Below are positions 59,691-64,000 of a stretch of 64,000 bases of DNA, piece by piece (position 1 is the first letter of the stretch; each line of letters begins with the position of its first letter). The DNA lies in NCBI GenBank assembly GCA_963663385.2, contig CAXXXD010000003.1, positions 1,504,001-1,568,000 of the forward strand. Direction: 5' to 3'. A model generated the notes under the pieces. That model did not search any database. It had not been told where the DNA came from and saw nothing but the letters and a program-made list of their open reading frames with translations. The position numbers and the translations under genes were made by a program. Source of the stretch: Oceanispirochaeta sp. GTDB taxonomy: Bacteria; Spirochaetota; Spirochaetia; DSM-2461.

Positions 59691-60152
59691 TTATTCAGGA
59701 TTGCAGTTCAGCTGTTCTTTCAGCTTATTAATTTTATCCCGCAGTTCTACGGCCGCTTCATAATTTTCATGTTTCACCAGTCCTTCCAGATTTTGCCTGA
59801 GACTGTCTATCCGTATCCTCAGATTTCTCCTTTCTTCCGGTTCTCCCTGAAGAATGGAGAGCAGATCATCCCGAAAGACATTGAAACATTCCGGGCATCC
59901 TGTTACGCCCCGTTTCAATACGGATTCCCTGGTAGTTCCGCAACCGGGACAGGCCTGCCGGTCCATAACACAGGAAAACTCCTCCAGACAACGGCTGAGC
60001 TCATCATAATCCAAAAGGACCCCCTCCTTCTGGCGGGTGATACCCCTCTCGGCAGCACAGAGGGAACAGAGAGGAATGTTCTTCTTCTGCCCCTCAAGAG
60101 TCATCCGCAGAGTTATCAGGATTTCATCGCTGCAACAGAAAAAACAGTACAT
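59691..60152 (-). CDS. mcsA: McsA-like zinc-finger/UVR protein
   Basis: Four CxxC motifs (CFFC, CSLC, CPGC, CPEC) and C-terminal UVR ENYEAAVELRDKI, upstream of clpC. Confidence 0.8.
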   Translation of the reverse strand: MYCFFCCSDEILITLRMTLEGQKKNIPLCSLCAAERGITRQKEGVLLDYDELSRCLEEFSCVMDRQACPGCGTTRESVLKRGVTGCPECFNVFRDDLLSILQGEPEERRNLRIRIDSLRQNLEGLVKHENYEAAVELRDKINKLKEQLNCNPE

Positions 60153-60202
60153 ATACCTTCCTTTGGTGAAAGCCCCCCATCAATAGGGGGAGATCTTGTC
60201 TC

Positions 60203-61504
60203 TCAATGTTTCCGGAGAATATCCAGAGGTTTTATTCTGGAAGCTTTCAGCACAGGAATCAGGGACGCTGCGACAGAAAGCAGAACAGTTCCTCCAAAGA
60301 TTACCGCCAGAACAGACACTTTTATTTCAACAGGAAACTCATCCAGATAATAAGCCCGATTGAGCAGTTCCACATGGGTATAGCTTCCCCCCCGCCCCGG
60401 CAGGCTTGAGAAGGAGTACACAAAAAAATTGACAACGGATTCCGCTCCGTGAATAAGGGAATTCAGATTCAAGGCCAGAATACAACCGATTCCTATCCCG
60501 ATCAGGCTGCCGGCGCCCCCTGCCAGAGCAGCGGTGATAACATACTGCAGGGAGAGAGCGGAAGGAGGGAGCCCCATGCTTTTCTGTATACCGATAGCCT
60601 GTTCATTTTCCATAACCAGCATAACCATTGAGGAAGATATATTCATAACAGCAACCAGTACAATCAGGACCATGATAAATACAAGCAGGGTACGGGTTGT
60701 TTCAAAGTTGCTTTGATGGGAACGGTTGAGGGTTTTCCAGGAGTAGATACCCCATTTTCCTTTAAGAACTTGCCTGATATCACTCATAAGGGGGGACATA
60801 TCCCCGTAGGGTGAACGGATTTTTATACCTGTTACGGAAGAGGCCTCGCTGTCCTGAAGAATTTTGAGGGCTCTTTCATAGGGGATAAAAACCCACATTT
60901 TATCCAGATCCTGGTATCCCGTTGAGAAAATTCCCATAACTGTAAAACGGGAAACCTTTGGAATATATTTGCCAGTGGAAAGTGTTTTACCCGTAAGGAT
61001 CCTGAACTCGTCTCCTGTTTTCAGATTAAGACTGCGGGCAATCTCCTCTCCGATCATGGCGGAATTCCCGTCTCCCAGATCAAAATTCCCCTTTTTGATG
61101 GTCAGGAATTTCCGGAACCCCTCATCCCTGCTGTAGAGCCCCGGTTCCAGTCCTCTTACATTGACCATACTCTGCCCCCCGGAAGAATAGGCCATACCCA
61201 TCCCTTTATGCTCAAGGGTTACCAGGGTAATATCATCCAGACTGAGCAGGCTCTCATACATTTCTTCCGACTCTTCTTCATCAGGAACGTTATAGTTTCT
61301 GAGCTGAATATGGTAGGTACTGGTTTCGATAAAGCGGTCTGTAATCCCGCGGATCATCCCGTCGGACATGAAAAGGACAACAATCAGCGGGATCATGCTG
61401 AGAGCGATTCCCAGAACGGAACCCAGTACCGGACGGGATTCTTTCTCTCCTCTCTGACGGTTGGTAAACAGTCGGAGAGCCATTTCCAGAGGCAGTATAT
61501 TCAT
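60203..61504 (-). CDS. LolC/E-family ABC permease
   Basis: N-terminal TM, periplasmic MacB-like domain, FtsX-type C-terminal TMs, YYLDEFP..ASRIKPLDILR. Confidence 0.9.
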   Translation of the reverse strand: MNILPLEMALRLFTNRQRGEKESRPVLGSVLGIALSMIPLIVVLFMSDGMIRGITDRFIETSTYHIQLRNYNVPDEEESEEMYESLLSLDDITLVTLEHKGMGMAYSSGGQSMVNVRGLEPGLYSRDEGFRKFLTIKKGNFDLGDGNSAMIGEEIARSLNLKTGDEFRILTGKTLSTGKYIPKVSRFTVMGIFSTGYQDLDKMWVFIPYERALKILQDSEASSVTGIKIRSPYGDMSPLMSDIRQVLKGKWGIYSWKTLNRSHQSNFETTRTLLVFIMVLIVLVAVMNISSSMVMLVMENEQAIGIQKSMGLPPSALSLQYVITAALAGGAGSLIGIGIGCILALNLNSLIHGAESVVNFFVYSFSSLPGRGGSYTHVELLNRAYYLDEFPVEIKVSVLAVIFGGTVLLSVAASLIPVLKASRIKPLDILRKH

Positions 61505-62175
61505 TTTCGATTCAAACTCCCGCCATGAAGGTGGTAGCGGAGCCCGCCCCGTTCCGCCAGGTCGGGATCATGGGTAACCAGAATCAGAGTCGTTCCCGCC
61601 TCTTCTGTCAACTGAAACAGGAGATCCTCAACCACACGGGAGTTTTTCTCATCCAGGCTTCCTGTAGGTTCGTCCGCCAGGATCAGGGGAGGCTGATTCA
61701 TCAGAGCCCTGGCAAGGGCAATCCTCTGTCGTTCTCCTCCCGAGAGCTGCCCGGGAAAGTGATCCTTCCGACCGGTCAGACCCACTTTTTCAATCAGTTC
61801 ACCGGCCCGCTCTGTCAGGGCTTTTTTATTCCTTCCCTGTATCCGTCCCGGCATCATGATATTTTCCAGTGCCGTAAAATCCTTTAAAAGGTAGTGAAAC
61901 TGAAAGATAAAACCGGTTTTTTCATTCCTGTACCGGGACAGAACGGTCTCATTCATTCCGGTAATAACCTGATCACAGGCTGTGATTTCCCCCTCATCCG
62001 GAGCATCCAGGCCTCCTATCAGATTCAGGAGGGTACTTTTACCGCTGCCGCTCTCCCCCGTAATGACAAGACTTGATCCCCGGGGAACCGAGAAGTCAAC
62101 ACTATCCAGTATAAGAAGGGTATCGTCCCCCGACTGGTAGGTTTTAGTTACATTCCGTAATGAGAGAATACTCAT
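61501..62175 (-). CDS. lolD: LolD-like ABC ATP-binding protein
   Basis: GESGSGKST, FQFHYLL.DFTALEN, LSGGERQR, ADEPTG, between lolC/E-like permeases. Confidence 0.85.
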   Translation of the reverse strand: MSILSLRNVTKTYQSGDDTLLILDSVDFSVPRGSSLVITGESGSGKSTLLNLIGGLDAPDEGEITACDQVITGMNETVLSRYRNEKTGFIFQFHYLLKDFTALENIMMPGRIQGRNKKALTERAGELIEKVGLTGRKDHFPGQLSGGERQRIALARALMNQPPLILADEPTGSLDEKNSRVVEDLLFQLTEEAGTTLILVTHDPDLAERGGLRYHLHGGSLNRK

Positions 62176-62190
62176 AGCTCCCTATTCCTC

Positions 62191-63456
62191 CTATTCGCTT
62201 TGAAACACTTCTGCGGGCTTGATATTTGAATAGGTTCTGACTGAACCGTAGGCTGCAGCCAGAACGGAGACCAGTGCCGCCCCATTAATAATGATCAGAT
62301 CCTGTGCCATTATCTCTACAGGAATATCCGTAAAGTAGAAAAGGGAAGCCCCGGAGGAGGAACCTATCCCGATCTGATAGAGAAACAGACGCATATTCTG
62401 AACAAATGTTACAAAAGCATCCATAATGGCATTGATATTCAGAGAGATCAGAACGCCAGCCGCGGTTCCCAGAAAACAGCCGCTTAAACCGATTATCCCC
62501 CCCTGAAGAAGAAAAATCCTGCGGACGCCGGATGGGGTTCCGCCGATAGCCTTCAGCAGGGCCATTTCCTCCAGCCGTTCCCTGACACTCCGTTTCATGG
62601 AGTGATAGATATTGACGGCTACCACAATAAAAATGAGCCCGACAATCAGCAGCATAAATGTTTTTTCTATTTTGAGAGCATTGAAGAAAGCACTGTTATA
62701 GGTCCGCCAGGACACGATTTTATCCTTTCCTTCCGGAAGAAGATTTCCCAATGAACGGATAGAACCTGTATCCCGGAAATGTCTCTTCAGTTTAATCCCG
62801 TAAACCAGATTTGGATTATTCTCACCCTGTCCGGAAAGATGAAGAGAGGTGAACGCCATATTCCGGTCATATTCATAGTATCCTGTTCGGAAAACACCGC
62901 TTACCCGGAATTCACGGTTTGAAAGGGCAGCCTTACCCTGCTGAACCCTCATAAAGGCAAGAGTAACCGTATCACCCACAATCGCATTAACTTCCCGGGC
63001 CAGATCCGCACCCAACAATATCTGGCCGGGCTGAGAAAAAAGAAAAGATCCTTTTACAATCTGAAACTGCTCCAGAAAGCCCTTATCTTCCAGAGCGGCA
63101 GTTTCATCAATATACCGGATCTGTATACCCGAGGTATAACCGCTGTCGGAAGTGAGAATGGCCTGATAATCCGCAAAGGGAACAACAGCCTTGATATTGG
63201 GAGTTTCAGCGGTGATTTCCCGGAATTCCTCAAAAGATATACCTGGATCATTATACCGGATATGATAAGAGTAGATCTCGTTAATACTTGTAATAAACCC
63301 CTGCTGGAAACCGTTCATAACTGTAAGAACAGTAATAAGAGTCAGGATTCCGATTATAAGCCCCAACACCGCCAGAGCATTGCCCAGATGCCCCTTGCGC
63401 CCGCTATGAGTCAGCAGATACCGCAGGGAAATATGCAGGCTCCAGTTATCTTTCAA
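62191..63456 (-). CDS. LolC/E-family ABC permease
   Basis: SLRYL, VMNGFQ, SWRTYNSAFFNALKIEK, KPAEVF. Confidence 0.9.
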   Translation of the reverse strand: MKDNWSLHISLRYLLTHSGRKGHLGNALAVLGLIIGILTLITVLTVMNGFQQGFITSINEIYSYHIRYNDPGISFEEFREITAETPNIKAVVPFADYQAILTSDSGYTSGIQIRYIDETAALEDKGFLEQFQIVKGSFLFSQPGQILLGADLAREVNAIVGDTVTLAFMRVQQGKAALSNREFRVSGVFRTGYYEYDRNMAFTSLHLSGQGENNPNLVYGIKLKRHFRDTGSIRSLGNLLPEGKDKIVSWRTYNSAFFNALKIEKTFMLLIVGLIFIVVAVNIYHSMKRSVRERLEEMALLKAIGGTPSGVRRIFLLQGGIIGLSGCFLGTAAGVLISLNINAIMDAFVTFVQNMRLFLYQIGIGSSSGASLFYFTDIPVEIMAQDLIIINGAALVSVLAAAYGSVRTYSNIKPAEVFQSE

Positions 63457-64000
63457 GACTTGTCTCCTTCCTCTTGTTCCCGGTTTATTCTTTTTTCATA
63501 AACAGCCTGATTATTCCGATAAAAAATCTCTTTGTCGTATTCATCCTCATGAATTACTTTTTTAATGAGTACCCCGTTACGGTAATAGCTGCTGACTGAA
63601 GGGTCCGCCGTATCGTCTTCATACTCATAGAGCCATTGAAAACGGTTCTTTCCGGAACGTTCCTGATAACGGAGGAGTTTTTCTCCCTGAAATTCCCGGG
63701 TGATTGACTGCCGGAGGATACCCTGAATAAAGAGATTCTCCATCACAGCCTGTCCCCACTCATCAAAATAACTGATTTTCAGAGAAGAATCGGGGTAGTT
63801 CCAGGTTGTTTCGTTGCTGATCGCTCCGTTTTCTCCGTAAACATACAGGGTCTTTTCTATCTCCGCCCCTTCGGTGTATACAGATCGCAGAGAAACTCTG
63901 CCCTTTTCATAGTTGTAGCGGTATCCTTCAACCCCCTCATCCAGCTGAACCTGATCAATAAATGCTTCCATATAGTTGGAGGAGCGCCAGAGGATTCTGG
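63453..64000 (-). CDS. Partial (5' end outside window) hypothetical protein with YD/MORN-like beta repeats
   Basis: Frame is open to the window edge upstream of the ATG at 63971; repeated Y.Y..G motifs. Confidence 0.6.
   Translation of the reverse strand, partial: RILWRSSNYMEAFIDQVQLDEGVEGYRYNYEKGRVSLRSVYTEGAEIEKTLYVYGENGAISNETTWNYPDSSLKISYFDEWGQAVMENLFIQGILRQSITREFQGEKLLRYQERSGKNRFQWLYEYEDDTADPSVSSYYRNGVLIKKVIHEDEYDKEIFYRNNQAVYEKRINREQEEGDKS

Overview
Spirochaete chromosomal DNA (free-living Spirochaetales type, inferred from spirochaete-typical families and a murG-cvpA-holB-like-hk2-rrp2 block that recalls the Borrelia arrangement). Most of the window is core genome: class II RNR (nrdJ) with NrdR boxes, two adjacent EF-G paralogues, gltA, trmB, two histidine kinases, mfd, metK, amrS, a nucleoside kinase, clpC, mcsA and lolCDE-like genes, plus three tandem tRNA-Val and one tRNA-Asn. 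A compositionally mosaic, integrase-less island of about 13.7 kb follows tRNA-Asn (about 38.7-52.35 kb). It holds a decayed secreted-protein gene, a probable group IIC-attC intron domain VI remnant, a WYL regulator/cysteine hydrolase pair, methyltransferases, and an intact Crp/Fnr-associated operon (ABC importer + MarR + 1332-aa double-ASKHA [4Fe-4S] activase + methyltransferase). The best candidates for something new are that operon, an orphan structured RNA of about 185 nt with its own promoter, mini-ORF and terminator (13.9-14.1 kb), a tRNA-Val-anchored 177-bp mini-element, the complementary EF-G pair and a TIR-like/ankyrin fusion. No CRISPR array, rRNA, intact transposase or integrase was seen. 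All family calls come from motif recognition by eye; no database searches were run.
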